Positions 23,490-38,300 of a stretch of 64,000 nucleotides of DNA are shown piece by piece; position 1 is the stretch's first letter; each line of letters opens with the position of its first letter. The DNA is from Leptogorgia sarmentosa (taxonomy: Eukaryota): NCBI GenBank assembly GCA_964658305.1, contig OZ210885.1, forward strand, positions 16,244,001 to 16,308,000, given 5' to 3'. The notes below the pieces were generated by a model. That model saw nothing but the letters and a program-made list of their open reading frames with translations, ran no database searches and was not told the DNA's origin. The position numbers were made by a program, and so were the translations under genes.

Positions 23490-26400
23490 GTCTACGACCA
23501 TACCAGTAGGAAAATACCGGTTCTCGTCTGATCACCGAAGTTAAGCCTAGGTGGGCAAAGTTAGTACTTGGATGGGTGACCACCTGGGAATACTTTGTGT
23601 TGTAGACTTGCTTCATTTTATTGTATGTGTGTTTGTAAATAGGTTTGCTTTCAATGTAAACTTCAGGGATTTTGTTATTGCTACATCTGGAAATACTTTG
23701 TATTGTTGTTTTGCTAAATGTTATTTAATGCCTATTTGTAAATATAATTCCTTTCAATTTCAACTTCAGGGTTTTGTTATTGTTACACGTTTAAAAAGTG
23801 TAACTTCCATCAACAAATGTCTACGACCGTACGAGTAGGAAAATACCGGTTCTCGTCTGATCACCGAAGTTAAGCCTAGGTGGGCAACGTTAGTAGTTGG
23901 ATGGGTGACCACCTGGGAATACTTTGTGTTGTAGACTTGCTTCATTTTGTTGTATGTGTGTTTGTAAGTAGGTTTGCTTTCAATTTCAACTTCAGGGTTT
24001 TGTTATTGTTACACGTTTAAAAAGTGTAACTTCCATCAACAAATGTCTACGACCATACCAGTAGGAAAATACCGGTTCTCGTCTGATCACCGAAGTTAAG
24101 CCTAGGTGGGCAAAGTTAGTACTTGGATGGGTGACTACCTGGGAATACTTTGTGTTGTAGACTTGCTTCATTTTATTGTAGGTGTGTTTGTAAATAGGTT
24201 TGCTTTCAATTTCAACTTCAGGGTTTTGTTATTGTTACACGTTTACAAAGTGTAACTTCCATCAACAAATGTCTACGACCATACCAGTAGGAAAATACCA
24301 GTTCTGTTCTGATCACCGAAGTTAAGCCTAGGTGGGAAAAGTTAGTACTTGGATGGGTGACCACCTGGGAATACTTTCTGTTGTAGACTTGCTTCATTTT
24401 GTTGTATGTGTGTTTGTAAGTAGGTTTGCTTTCAATTTCAACTTCAGGGTTTTGTTATTGTTACACGTTTAAAAAGTGTAACTTCCATCAACAAATGTCT
24501 ACGACCATACCAGTAGGAAAATACCGGTTCTCGTCTGATCACCGAAGTTAAGCCTAGGTGGGAAAAGTTAGTACTTGGATGGGTGACTACCTGGGAATAC
24601 TTTGTGTTGTAGACTTGCTTCATTTTATTGTATGTGTGTTTGTAAATATAATTCCTTTCAATTTCAACTTCAGGGTTTTGTTATTGTTACACGTTTAAAA
24701 AGTGTAACTTCCATCAACAAATGTCTACGACCATACCAGTAGGAAAATACCGGTTCTCGTCTGATCACCGAAGTTAAGCCTAGGTGGGCAAAGTTAGTAC
24801 TTGGATGGGTGACCACCTGGGAATACTTTGTGTTGTAGACTTGCTTCATTTTATTGTATGTGTGTTTGTAAATAGGTTTGCTTTCAATGTAAACTTCAGG
24901 GATTTTGTTATTGCTACATCTGGAAATACTTTGTATTGTTGTTTTGCTAAATGTTATTTAATGCCTATTTGTAAATATAATTCCTTTCAATTTCAACTTC
25001 AGGGTTTTGTTATTGTTACACGTTTAAAAAGTGTAACTTCCATCAACAAATGTCTACGACCGTACGAGTAGGAAAATACCGGTTCTCGTCTGATCACCGA
25101 AGTTAAGCCTAGGTGGGCAACGTTAGTAGTTGGATGGGTGACCACCTGGGAATACTTTGTGTTGTAGACTTGCTTCATTTTGTTGTATGTGTGTTTGTAA
25201 GTAGGTTTGCTTTCAATTTCAACTTCAGGGTTTTGTTATTGTTACACGTTTAAAAAGTGTAACTTCCATCAACAAATGTCTACGACCATACCAGTAGGAA
25301 AATACCGGTTCTCGTCTGATCACCGAAGTTAAGCCTAGGTGGGCAAAGTTAGTACTTGGATGGGTGACTACCTGGGAATACTTTGTGTTGTAGACTTGCT
25401 TCATTTTATTGTAGGTGTGTTTGTAAATAGGTTTGCTTTCAATTTCAACTTCAGGGTTTTGTTATTGTTACACGTTTACAAAGTGTAACTTCCATCAACA
25501 AATGTCTACGACCATACCAGTAGGAAAATACCAGTTCTGTTCTGATCACCGAAGTTAAGCCTAGGTGGGAAAAGTTAGTACTTGGATGGGTGACCACCTG
25601 GGAATACTTTCTGTTGTAGACTTGCTTCATTTTGTTGTATGTGTGTTTGTAAGTAGGTTTGCTTTCAATTTCAACTTCAGGGTTTTGTTATTGTTACACG
25701 TTTAAAAAGTGTAACTTCCATCAACAAATGTCTACGACCATACCAGTAGGAAAATACCGGTTCTCGTCTGATCACCGAAGTTAAGCCTAGGTGGGAAAAG
25801 TTAGTACTTGGATGGGTGACTACCTGGGAATACTTTGTGTTGTAGACTTGCTTCATTTTATTGTATGTGTGTTTGTAAATATAATTCCTTTCAATTTCAA
25901 CTTCAGGGTTTTGTTATTGTTACACGTTTAAAAAGTGTAACTTCCATCAACAAATGTCTACGACCATACCAGTAGGAAAATACCGGTTCTCGTCTGATCA
26001 CCGAAGTTAAGCCTAGGTGGGCAAAGTTAGTACTTGGATGGGTGACCACCTGGGAATACTTTGTGTTGTAGACTTGCTTCATTTTATTGTATGTGTGTTT
26101 GTAAATAGGTTTGCTTTCAATGTAAACTTCAGGGATTTTGTTATTGCTACATATGGAAATACTTTGTATTGTTGTTTTGCTAAATGTTATTTAATGCCTA
26201 TTTGTAAATATAATTCCTTTCAATTTCAACTTCAGGGTTTTGTTATTGTTACACGTTTAAAAAGTGTAACTTCCATCAACAAATGTCTACGACCGTACGA
26301 GTAGGAAAATACCGGTTCTCGTCTGATCACCGAAGTTAAGCCTAGGTGGGCAACGTTAGTAGTTGGATGGGTGACCACTTGGGAATACTTTGTGTTGTAG

Positions 26401-26500
26401 ACTTGCTTCATTTTGTTGTATGTATGTGTGTTTGTAAGTAGGTTTGCTTTCAATTTCAACTTCAGGGTTTTGTTATTGTTACACGTTTAAAAAGTGTAAC
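23490..26500 (+). repeat. Higher-order repeat, 1233-bp period (329 + 4x226); boundaries approximate
   Basis: Long units are marked by ORF starts at 23551, 24784 and 26017. The same spacing occurs at 17178/18411, 30582/31815 and 38813/40046. Confidence 0.85.
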
Positions 26501-29321
26501 TTCCATCAACAAATGTCTACGACCATACCAGTAGGAAAATACCGGTTCTCGTCTGATCACCGAAGTTAAGCCTAGGTGGGCAAAGTTAGTACTTGGATGG
26601 GTGACTACCTGGGAATACTTTGTGTTGTAGACTTGCTTCATTTTATTGTATGTGTGTTTGTAAATAGGTTTGCTTTCAATTTCAACTTCAGGGTTTTGTT
26701 ATTGTTACACGTTTAAAAAGTGTAACTTCCATCAACAAATGTCTACGACCATACCAGTAGGAAAATACCGGTTCTCGTCTGATCACCGAAGTTAAGCCTA
26801 GGTGGGAAAAGTTAGTACTTGGATGGGTGACTACCTGGGAATACTTTGTGTTGTAGACTTGCTTCATTTTATTGTATGTGTGTTTGTAAATATAATTCCT
26901 TTCAATTTCAACTTCAGGGTTTTGTTATTGTTACACGTTTAAAAAGTGTAACTTCCATCAACAAATGTCTTCGACCATACCAGTAGGAAAATACCGGTTC
27001 TCGTCTGATCACCGAAGTTAAGCCTAGGTGGGCAAAGTTAGTACTTGGATGGGTGACCACCTGGGAATACTTTGTGTTGTAGACTTGCTTCATTTTATTG
27101 TATGTGTGTTTGTAAATAGGTTTGCTTTCAATGTAAACTTCAGGGATTTTGTTATTGCTACATATGGAAATACTTTGTATTGTTGTTTTGCTAAATGTTA
27201 TTTAATGCCTATTTGTAAATATAATTCCTTTCAATTTCAACTTCAGGGTTTTGTTATTGTTACACGTTTAAAAAGTGTAACTTCCATCAACAAATGTCTA
27301 CGACCGTACGAGTACGAAAATACCGGTTCTCGTCTGATCACCGAAGTTAAGCCTAGGTGGGCAAAGTTAGTACTTGGATGGGTGACTACCTGGCAATACT
27401 TTGTGTTGTAGACTTGCTTCATTTTATTGTATGTGTGTTTGTAAATAGGTTTGCTTTCAATTTCAACTTCAGGGTTTTGTTATTGTTACACGTTTAAAAA
27501 GTGTAACTTCCATCAACAAATGTCTACGACCATACCAGTAGGAAAATACCGGTTCTCGTCTGATCACCGAAGTTAAGCCTAGGTGGGAAAAGTTAGTACT
27601 TGGATGGGTGACCACCTGGGAATACTTTGTGTTGTAGACTTGCTTCATTTTATTGTATGTGTGTTTGTAAATAGGTTTGCTTTCAATTTCAACTTCAGGG
27701 TTTTGTTATTGTTACACGTTTAAAAAGTGTAACTTCCATCAACAAATGTCTACGACCATACCAGTAGGAAAATACCGGTTCTCGTCTGATTACCGAAGTT
27801 AAGCCTAGGTGGGCAAAGTTACTACTTGGATGGGTGACTACCTGGGAATACTTTGTGTTGTAGACTTGCTTCATTTTATTGTATGTGTGTTTGTAAATAT
27901 AATTCCTTTCAATTTCAACTTCAGGGTTTTGTTATTGCTACATCTGGAAATACTTTGTATTGTTGTTTTGCTAAATGTTATTTAATGCCTATTTGTAAAT
28001 ATAATTCCTTTCAATTTCAACTTCAGGGTTTTGTTATTGTTACACGTTTAAAAAGTGTAAGTTCCACCAACAAATGTCTACGACCATACCAGTAGGAAAA
28101 TACCGGTTCTCGTCTGATCACCGAAGTTAAGCCTAGGTGGGCAAAGTTAGTACTTGGATGGGTGACCACCTGGGAATACTTTGTGTTGTAGACTTGCTTC
28201 ATTTTATTGTATGTGTGTTTGTAAATAGGTTTGCTTTCAATGTAAACTTCAGGGATTTTGTTATTGCTACATCTGGAAATACTTTGTATTGTTGTTTTGC
28301 TAAATGTTATTTAATGCCTATTTGTAAATATAATTCCTTTCAATTTCAACTTCAGGGTTTTGTTATTGTTACACGTTTAAAAAGTGTAAGTTGCACCAAC
28401 AAATGTCTACGACCATACCAGTAGGAAAATACCGGTTCTCGTCTGATCACCGAAGTTAAGCCTAGGTGGGCAAAGTTAGTACTTGGATGGGTGACCACCT
28501 GGGAATACTTTGTGTTGTAGACTTGCTTCATTTTATTGTATGTGTGTTTGTAAATAGGTTTGCTTTCAATGTAAACTTCAGGGATTTTGTTATTGCTACA
28601 TCTGGAAATACTTTGTATTGTTGTTTTGCTAAATGTTATTTAATGCCTATTTGTAAATATAATTCCTTTCAATTTCAACTTCAGGGTTTTGTTATTGTTA
28701 CACGTTTAAAAAGTGTAACTTCCATCAACAAATGTCTACGACCGTACGAGTAGGAAAATACCGGTTCTCGTCTGATCACCGAAGTTAAGCCTAGGTGGGC
28801 AACGTTAGTAGTTGGATGGGTGACCACCTGGGAATACTTTGTGTTGTAGACTTGCTTCATTTTGTTGTATGTGTGTTTGTAAGTAGGTTTGCTTTCAATT
28901 TCAACTTCAGGGTTTTGTTATTGTTACACGTTTAAAAAGTGTAACTTCCATCAACAAATGTCTACGACCATACCAGTAGGAAAATACCGGTTCTCGTCTG
29001 ATCACCGAAGTTAAGCCTAGGTGGGCAAAGTTAGTACTTGGATGGGTGACTACCTGGGAATACTTTGTGTTGTAGACTTGCTTCATTTTATTGTAGGTGT
29101 GTTTGTAAATAGGTTTGCTTTCAATTTCAACTTCAGGGTTTTGTTATTGTTACACGTTTACAAAGTGTAACTTCCATCAACAAATGTCTACGACCATACC
29201 AGTAGGAAAATACCGGTTCTCGTATGATCACCGAAGTTAAGCCTAGGTGGGAAAAGTTAGTACTTGGATGGGTGACCACCTGGCAATACTTTGTGTTGTA
29301 GACTTGCTTCATTTTGTTGTA

Positions 29322-32300
29322 TGTGTGTTTGTAAGTAGGTTTGCTTTCAATTTCAACTTCAGGGTTTTGTTATTGTTACACGTTTAAAAAGTGCAACTTC
29401 CATCAACAAATGTCTATGACCATACCAATAAGAAAATACCGGTTCTCGTCTGATCGCCGAAGTTAGGCCTAGGTGGGCAAAGTTAGTACTTGGATGGGTG
29501 ACTACCTGGCAATACTTTGTGTTGTAGACTTGCTTCATTTTATTGTATGTGTGTTTGTAAATAGGTTTGCTTTCAATTTCAACTTCAGGGTTTTGTTATT
29601 GTTACACGTTTAAAAAGTGTAACTTCCATCAACAAATGTCTACGACCATACCAGTAGGAAAATACCGGTTCTCGTCTGATCACCGAAGTTAAGCCTAGGT
29701 GGGAAAAGTTAGTACTTGGATGGGTGACCACCTGGGAATACTTTGTGTTGTAGACTTGCTTCATTTTATTGTATGTGTGTTTGTAAATAGGTTTGCTTTC
29801 AATTTCAACTTCAGGGTTTTGTTATTGTTACACGTTTAAAAAGTGTAACTTCCATCAACAAATGTCTACGACCATACCAGTAGGAAAATACCGGTTCTCG
29901 TCTGATTACCGAAGTTAAGCCTAGGTGGGCAAAGTTACTACTTGGATGGGTGACTACCTGGGAATACTTTGTGTTGTAGACTTGCTTCATTTTATTGTAT
30001 GTGTGTTTGTAAATATAATTCCTTTCAATTTCAACTTCAGGGTTTTGTTATTGCTACATCTGGAAATACTTTGTATTGTTGTTTTGCTAAATGTTATTTA
30101 ATGCCTATTTGTAAATATAATTCCTTTCAATTTCAACTTCAGGGTTTTGTTATTGTTACACGTTTAAAAAGTGTAAGTTCCACCAACAAATGTCTACGAC
30201 CATACCAGTAGGAAAATACCGGTTCTCGTCTGATCACCAAAGTTAAGCCTAGGTGGGCAAAGTTAGTACTTGGATGGGTGACCACCTGGGAATACTTTGT
30301 GTTGTAGACTTGCTTCATTTTATTGTATGTGTGTTTGTAAATAGGTTTGCTTTCAATGTAAACTTCAGGGATTTTGTTATTGCTACATCTGGAAATACTT
30401 TGTATTGTTGTTTTGCTAAATGTTATTTAATGCCTATTTGTAAATATAATTCCTTTCAATTTCAACTTCAGGGTTTTGTTATTGTTACACGTTTAAAAAG
30501 TGTAAGTTCCACCAACAAATGTCTACGACCATACCAGTAGGAAAATACCGGTTCTCGTCTGATCACCGAAGTTAAGCCTAGGTGGGCAAAGTTAGTACTT
30601 GGATGGGTGACCACCTGGGAATACTTTGTGTTGTAGACTTGCTTCATTTTATTGTATGTGTGTTTGTAAATAGGTTTGCTTTCAATGTAAACTTCAGGGA
30701 TTTTGTTATTGCTACATCTGGAAATACTTTGTATTGTTGTTTTGCTAAATGTTATTTAATGCCTATTTGTAAATATAATTCCTTTCAATTTCAACTTCAG
30801 GGTTTTGTTATTGTTACACGTTTAAAAAGTGTAACTTCCATCAACAAATGTCTACGACCGTACGAGTAGGAAAATACCGGTTCTCGTCTGATCACCGAAG
30901 TTAAGCCTAGGTGGGCAACGTTAGTAGTTGGATGGGTGACCACCTGGGAATACTTTGTGTTGTAGACTTGCTTCATTTTGTTGTATGTGTGTTTGTAAGT
31001 AGGTTTGCTTTCAATTTCAACTTCAGGGTTTTGTTATTGTTACACGTTTAAAAAGTGTAACTTCCATCAACAAATGTCTACGACCATACCAGTAGGAAAA
31101 TACCGGTTCTCGTCTGATCACCGAAGTTAAGCCTAGGTGGGCAAAGTTAGTACTTGGATGGGTGACTACCTGGGAATACTTTGTGTTGTAGACTTGCTTC
31201 ATTTTATTGTAGGTGTGTTTGTAAATAGGTTTGCTTTCAATTTCAACTTCAGGGTTTTGTTATTGTTACACGTTTACAAAGTGTAACTTCCATCAACAAA
31301 TGTCTACGACCATACCAGTAGGAAAATACCAGTTCTGTTCTGATCACCGAAGTTAAGCCTAGGTGGGAAAAGTTAGTACTTGGATGGGTGACCACCTGGG
31401 AATACTTTCTGTTGTAGACTTGCTTCATTTTGTTGTATGTGTGTTTGTAAGTAGGTTTGCTTTCAATTTCAACTTCAGGGTTTTGTTATTGTTACACGTT
31501 TAAAAAGTGTAACTTCCATCAACAAATGTCTACGACCATACCAGTAGGAAAATACCGGTTCTCGTCTGATCACCGAAGTTAAGCCTAGGTGGGAAAAGTT
31601 AGTACTTGGATGGGTGACTACCTGGGAATACTTTGTGTTGTAGACTTGCTTCATTTTATTGTATGTGTGTTTGTAAATATAATTCCTTTCAATTTCAACT
31701 TCAGGGTTTTGTTATTGTTACACGTTTAAAAAGTGTAACTTCCATCAACAAATGTCTACGACCATACCAGTAGGAAAATACCGGTTCTCGTCTGATCACC
31801 GAAGTTAAGCCTAGGTGGGCAAAGTTAGTACTTGGATGGGTGACCACCTGGGAATACTTTGTGTTGTAGACTTGCTTCATTTTATTGTATGTGTGTTTGT
31901 AAATAGGTTTGCTTTCAATGTAAACTTCAGGGATTTTGTTATTGCTACATATGGAAATACTTTGTATTGTTGTTTTGCTAAATGTTATTTAATGCCTATT
32001 TGTAAATATAATTCCTTTCAATTTCAACTTCAGGGTTTTGTTATTGTTACACGTTTAAAAAGTGTAACTTCCATCAACAAATGTCTACGACCGTACGAGT
32101 AGGAAAATACCGGTTCTCGTCTGATCACCGAAGTTGAGCCTAGGTGGGCAACGTTAGTAGTTGGATGGGTGACCACCTGGGAATACTTTGTGTTGTAGAC
32201 TTGCTTCATTTTGTTGTATGTATGTGTGTTTGTAAGTAGGTTTGCTTTCAATTTCAACTTCAGGGTTTTGTTATTGTTACACGTTTAAAAAGTGTAACTT

Positions 32301-35300
32301 CCATCAACAAATGTCTACGACCATACCAGTAGGAAAATACCGGTTCTCGTCTGATCACCGAAGTTAAGCCTAGGTGGGCAAAGTTAGTACTTGGATGGGT
32401 GACTACCTGGGAATACTTTGTGTTGTGGACTTGCTTCATTTTATTGTATGTGTGTTTGTAAATAGGTTTGCTTTCAATTTCAACTTCAGGGTTTTGTTAT
32501 TGTTACACGTTTAAAAAGTGTAACTTCCATCAACAAATGTCTACGACCATACCAGTAGGAAAATACCGGTTCTCGTCTGATCACTGAAGTTAAGCCTAGG
32601 TGGGAAAAGTTAGTACTTGGATGGGTGACCACCTGGGAATACTTTGTGTTGTAGACTTGCTTCATTTTATTGTATGTGTGTTTGTAAATAGGTTTGCTTT
32701 CAATTTCAACTTCAGGGTTTTGTTATTGTTACACGTTTAAAAAGTGTAACTTCCATCAACAAATGTCTACGACCATACCAGTAGGAAAATACCGGTTCTC
32801 GTATGATCACCGAAGTTAAGCCTAGGTGGGAAAAGTTAGTACTTGGATGGGTGACCTCCTGGCAATACTTTGTGTTGTAGACTTGCTTCATTTTGTTGTA
32901 TGTGTGTTTGTAAGTAGGTTTGCTTTCAATTTCAACTTCAGGGTTTTGTTATTGTTACACGTTTAAAAAGTGTAACTTCCATCAACAAATGTCTATGACC
33001 ATACCAATAGGAAAATACCGGTTCTCGTCTGATCACCGAAGTTAGGCCTAGGTGGGCAAAGTTAGTACTTGGATGGGTGACTACCTGGCAATACTTTGTG
33101 TTGTAGACTTGCTTCATTTTATTGTATGTGTGTTTGTAAATAGGTTTGCTTTCAATTTCAACTTCAGGGTTTTGTTATTGTTACACGTTTAAAAAGTGTA
33201 ACTTCCATCAACAAATGTCTACGACCATACCAGTAGGAAAATACCGGTTCTCGTCTGATCACCGAAGTTAAGCCTAGGTGGGAAAAGTTAGTACTTGGAT
33301 GGGTGACCACCTGGGAATACTTTGTGTTGTAGACTTGCTTCATTTTATTGTATGTGTGTTTGTAAATAGGTTTGCTTTCAATTTCAACTTCAGGGTTTTG
33401 TTATTGTTACACGTTTAAAAAGTGTAACTTCCATCAACAAATGTCTACGACCATACCAGTAGGAAAATACCGGTTCTCGTCTGATTACCGAAGTTAAGCC
33501 TAGGTGGGCAAAGTTACTACTTGGATGGGTGACTACCTGGGAATACTTTGTGTTGTAGACTTGCTTCATTTTATTGTATGTGTGTTTGTAAATATAATTC
33601 CTTTCAATTTCAACTTCAGGGTTTTGTTATTGTTACACGTTTAAAAAGTGTAACTTCCATCAACAAATGTCTACGACCGTACGAGTAGGAAAATACCGGT
33701 TCTCGTCTGATCACCGAAGTTAAGCCTAGGTGGGCAACGTTAGTAGTTGGATGGGTGACCACCTGGGAATACTTTGTGTTGTAGACTTGCTTCATTTTGT
33801 TGTATGTGTGTTTGTAAGTAGGTTTGCTTTCAATTTCAACTTCAGGGTTTTGTTATTGTTACACGTTTAAAAAGTGTAACTTCCATCAACAAATGTCTAC
33901 GACCATACCAGTAGGAAAATACCGGTTCTCGTCTGATCACCGAAGTTAAGCCTAGGTGGGCAAAGTTAGTACTTGGATGGGTGACTACCTGGGAATACTT
34001 TGTGTTGTAGACTTGCTTCATTTTATTGTAGGTGTGTTTGTAAATAGGTTTGCTTTCAATTTCAACTTCAGGGTTTTGTTATTGTTACACGTTTACAAAG
34101 TGTAACTTCCATCAACAAATGTCTACGACCATACCAGTAGGAAAATACCAGTTCTCGTCTGATCACCGAAGTTAAGCCTAGGTGGGAAAAGTTAGTACTT
34201 GGATGGGTGACCACCTGGGAATACTTTCTGTTGTAGACTTGCTTCATTTTGTTGTATGTGTGTTTGTAAGTAGGTTTGCTTTCAATTTCAACTTCACGGT
34301 TTTGTTATTGTTACACGTTTAAAAAGTGTAACTTCCATCAACAAATGTCTACGACCATACCAGTAGGAAAATACCGGTTCTCGTCTGATCACCGAAGTTA
34401 AGCCTAGGTGGGCAAAGTTAGTACTTGGATGGGTGACTACCTGGGAATACTTTGTGTTGTAGACTTGCTTCATTTTATTGTATGTGTGTTTGTAAATATA
34501 ATTCCTTTCAATTTCAACTTCAGGGTTTTGTTATTGTTACACGTTTAAAAAGTGTAACTTCCATCAACAAATGTCTACGACCATACCACTAGGAAAATAC
34601 CGGTTCTCGTCTGATCACCGAAGTTAAGCCTAGGTGGGAAAAGTTAGTTCTCGTCTAATTACCGAAGTTAAGCCTAGGTGGGCAAAGTTAGTACTTGGAT
34701 GGGTGACCACCTGGGAATACTTTGTGTTGTAGACTTGCTTCATTTTGTTGTATGTGTGTTTGTAAGTAGGTTTGCTTTCAATTTCAACTTCAGGGTTTTG
34801 TTATTGTTACACGTTTAAAAAGTGTAACTTCCATCAACAAATGTCTACGAGCATACCAGTAGGAAAATACCGGTTCTCGTCTGATTACCGAAGTTAAGCC
34901 TAGGTGGGCAAAGTTAGTACTTGGATGGGTGACTACCTGGGAATACTTTGTGTTGTAGACTTGCTTCATTTTATTGTATGTGTGTTTGTAAATATAATTC
35001 CTTTCAATTTCAACTTCAGGGTTTTGTTATTGTTACACGTTTAAAAAGTGTAACTTCCATCAACAAATGTCTACGACCGTACGAGTAGGAAAATACCGGT
35101 TCTCGTCTGATCACCGAAGTTAAGCCTAGGTGGGCAACGTTAGTAGTTGGATGGGTGACCACCTGGGAATACTTTGTGTTGTAGACTTGCTTCATTTTGT
35201 TGTATGTGTGTTTGTAAGTAGGTTTGCTTTCAATTTCAACTTCAGGGTTTTGTTATTGTTACACGTTTAAAAAGTGTAACTTCCATCAACAAATGTCTAC

Positions 35301-38300
35301 GACCATACCAGTAGGAAAATACCGGTTCTCGTGTGATCACCGAAGTTAAGCCTAGGTGGGCAAAGTTAGTACTTGGATGGGTGACTACCTGGGAATACTT
35401 TGTGTTGTAGACTTGCTTCATTTTATTGTAGGTGTGTTTGTAAATAGGTTTGCTTTCAATTTCAACTTCAGGGTTTTGTTATTGTTACACGTTTACAAAG
35501 TGTAACTTCCATCAACAAATGTCTACGACCATACCAGTAGGAAAATACCAGTTCTCTTCTGATCACCGAAGTTAAGCCTAGGTGGGAAAAGTTAGTACTT
35601 GGATGGGTGACCACCTGGGAATACTTTCTGTTGTAGACTTGCTTCATTTTGTTGTATGTGTGTTTGTAAGTAGGTTTGCTTTCAATTTCAACTTCAGGGT
35701 TTTGTTATTGTTACACGTTTAAAAAGTGTAACTTCCATCAACAAATGTCTACGACCATACCAGTAGGAAAATACCGGTTCTCGTCTGATCACCGAAGTTA
35801 AGCCTAGGTGGGAAAAGTTAGTTCTCGTCTAATTACCGAAGTTAAGCCTAGGTGGGCAAAGTTAGTACTTGGATGGGTGACCACCTGGGAATACTTTGTG
35901 TTGTAGACTTGCTTCATTTTGTTGTATGTGTGTTTGTAAGTGGGTTTGCTTTCAATTTCAACTTCAGGGTTTTGTTATTGTTACACGTTTAAAAAGTGTA
36001 ACTTCCATCAACAAATGTCTACGAGCATACCAGTAGGAAAATACCGGTTCTCGTCTGATCACCGAAGTTAAGCCTAGGTGGGCAAAGTTAGTACTTGGAT
36101 GGGTGACTACCTGGGAATACTTTGTGTTGTAGACTTGCTTCATTTTATTGTATGTGTGTTTGTAAATATAATTCCTTTCAATTTCAACTTCAGGGTTTTG
36201 TTATTGTTACACGTTTAAAAAGTGTAACTTCCATCAACAAATGTCTACGACCATACCACTAGGAAAATACCGGTTCTCGTCTGATCACCGAAGTTAAGCC
36301 TAGGTGGGAAAAGTTAGTTCTCGTCCAATTACCGAAGTTAAGCCTAGGTGGGCAAAGTTAGTACTTGGATGGGTGACCACCTGGGAATACTTTGTGTTGT
36401 AGACTTGCTTCATTTTGTTGTATGTGTGTTTGTAAGTAGGTTTGCTTTCAATTTCAACTTCAGGGTTTTGTTATTGTTACACGTTTAAAAAGTGTAACTT
36501 CCATCAACAAATGTCTACGAGCATACCAGTAGGAAAATACCGGTTCTCGTCTGATCACCGAAGTTAAGCCTAGGTGGGAAAAGTTAGTACTTGGATGGGT
36601 GACCACCTGGCAATACTTTGTGTTGTAGACTTGCTTCATTTTATTGTATGTGTGTTTGTAAATAGGTTTGCTTTCAATTTCAACTTCAGGGTTTTGTTAT
36701 TGTTACACGTTTAAAAAGTGTAACTTCCATCAACAAATGTCTACGACCATACCAGTAGGAAAATACCGGTTCTCGTCTGATCACCGAAGTTAAGCCTAGG
36801 TGGGCAAAGTTAGTACTTGGATGGGTGACTACCTGGGAATACTTTGTGTTGTAGACTTGCTTCATTTTATTGTATGTGTGTTTGTAAATATAATTCCTTT
36901 CAATTTCAACTTCAGGGTTTTGTTATTGTTACACGTTTAAAAAGTGTAACTTCCATCAACAAATGTCTACGACCGTACGAGTAGGAAAATACCGGTTCTC
37001 GTCTGATCACCGAAGTTAAGCCTAGGTGGGCAACGTTAGTAGTTGGATGGGTGACCACCTGGGAATACTTTGTGTTGTAGACTTGCTTCATTTTGTTGTA
37101 TGTGTGTTTGTAAGTAGGTTTGCTTTCAATTTCAACTTCAGGGTTTTGTTATTGTTACACGTTTAAAAAGTGTAACTTCCATCAACAAATGTCTACGACC
37201 ATACCAGTAGGAAAATACCGGTTCTCGTGTGATCACCGAAGTTAAGCCTAGGTGGGCAAAGTTAGTACTTGGATGGGTGACTACCTGGGAATACTTTGTG
37301 TTGTAGACTTGCTTCATTTTATTGTAGGTGTGTTTGTAAATAGGTTTGCTTTCAATTTAAACTTCAGGGTTTTGTTATTGTTACACGTTTACAAAGTGTA
37401 ACTTCCATCAACAAATGTCTACGACCATACCAGTAGGAAAATACCAGTTCTCTTCTGATCACCGAAGTTAAGCCTAGGTGGGAAAAGTTAGTACTTGGAT
37501 GGGTGACCACCTGGGAATACTTTCTGTTGTAGACTTGCTTCATTTTGTCGCATGTGTGTTTGTAAGTAGGTTTGCTTTCAATTTCAACTTCAGGGTTTTG
37601 TTATTGTTACACGTTTAAAAAGTGCAACTTCCATCAACAAATGTCTATGACCATACCAATAAGAAAATACCGGTTCTCGTCTGATCGCCGAAGTTAGGCC
37701 TAGGTGGGCAAAGTTAGTACTTGGATGGGTGACTACCTGGCAATACTTTGTGTTGTAGACTTGCTTCATTTTATTGTATGTGTGTTTGTAAATAGGTTTG
37801 CTTTCAATTTCAACTTCAGGGTTTTGTTATTGTTACACGTTTAAAAAGTGTAACTTCCATCAACAAATGTCTACGACCATACCAGTAGGAAAATACCGGT
37901 TCTCGTCTGATCACCGAAGTTAAGCCTAGGTGGGAAAAGTTAGTACTTGGATGGGTGACCACCTGGGAATACTTTGTGTTGTAGACTTGCTTCATTTTAT
38001 TGTATGTGTGTTTGTAAATAGGTTTGCTTTCAATTTCAACTTCAGGGTTTTGTTATTGTTACACGTTTAAAAAGTGTAACTTCCATCAACAAATGTCTAC
38101 GACCATACCAGTAGGAAAATACCGGTTCTCGTCTGATTACCGAAGTTAAGCCTAGGTGGGCAAAGTTACTACTTGGATGGGTGACTACCTGGGAATACTT
38201 TGTGTTGTAGACTTGCTTCATTTTATTGTATGTGTGTTTGTAAATATAATTCCTTTCAATTTCAACTTCAGGGTTTTGTTATTGCTACATCTGGAAATAC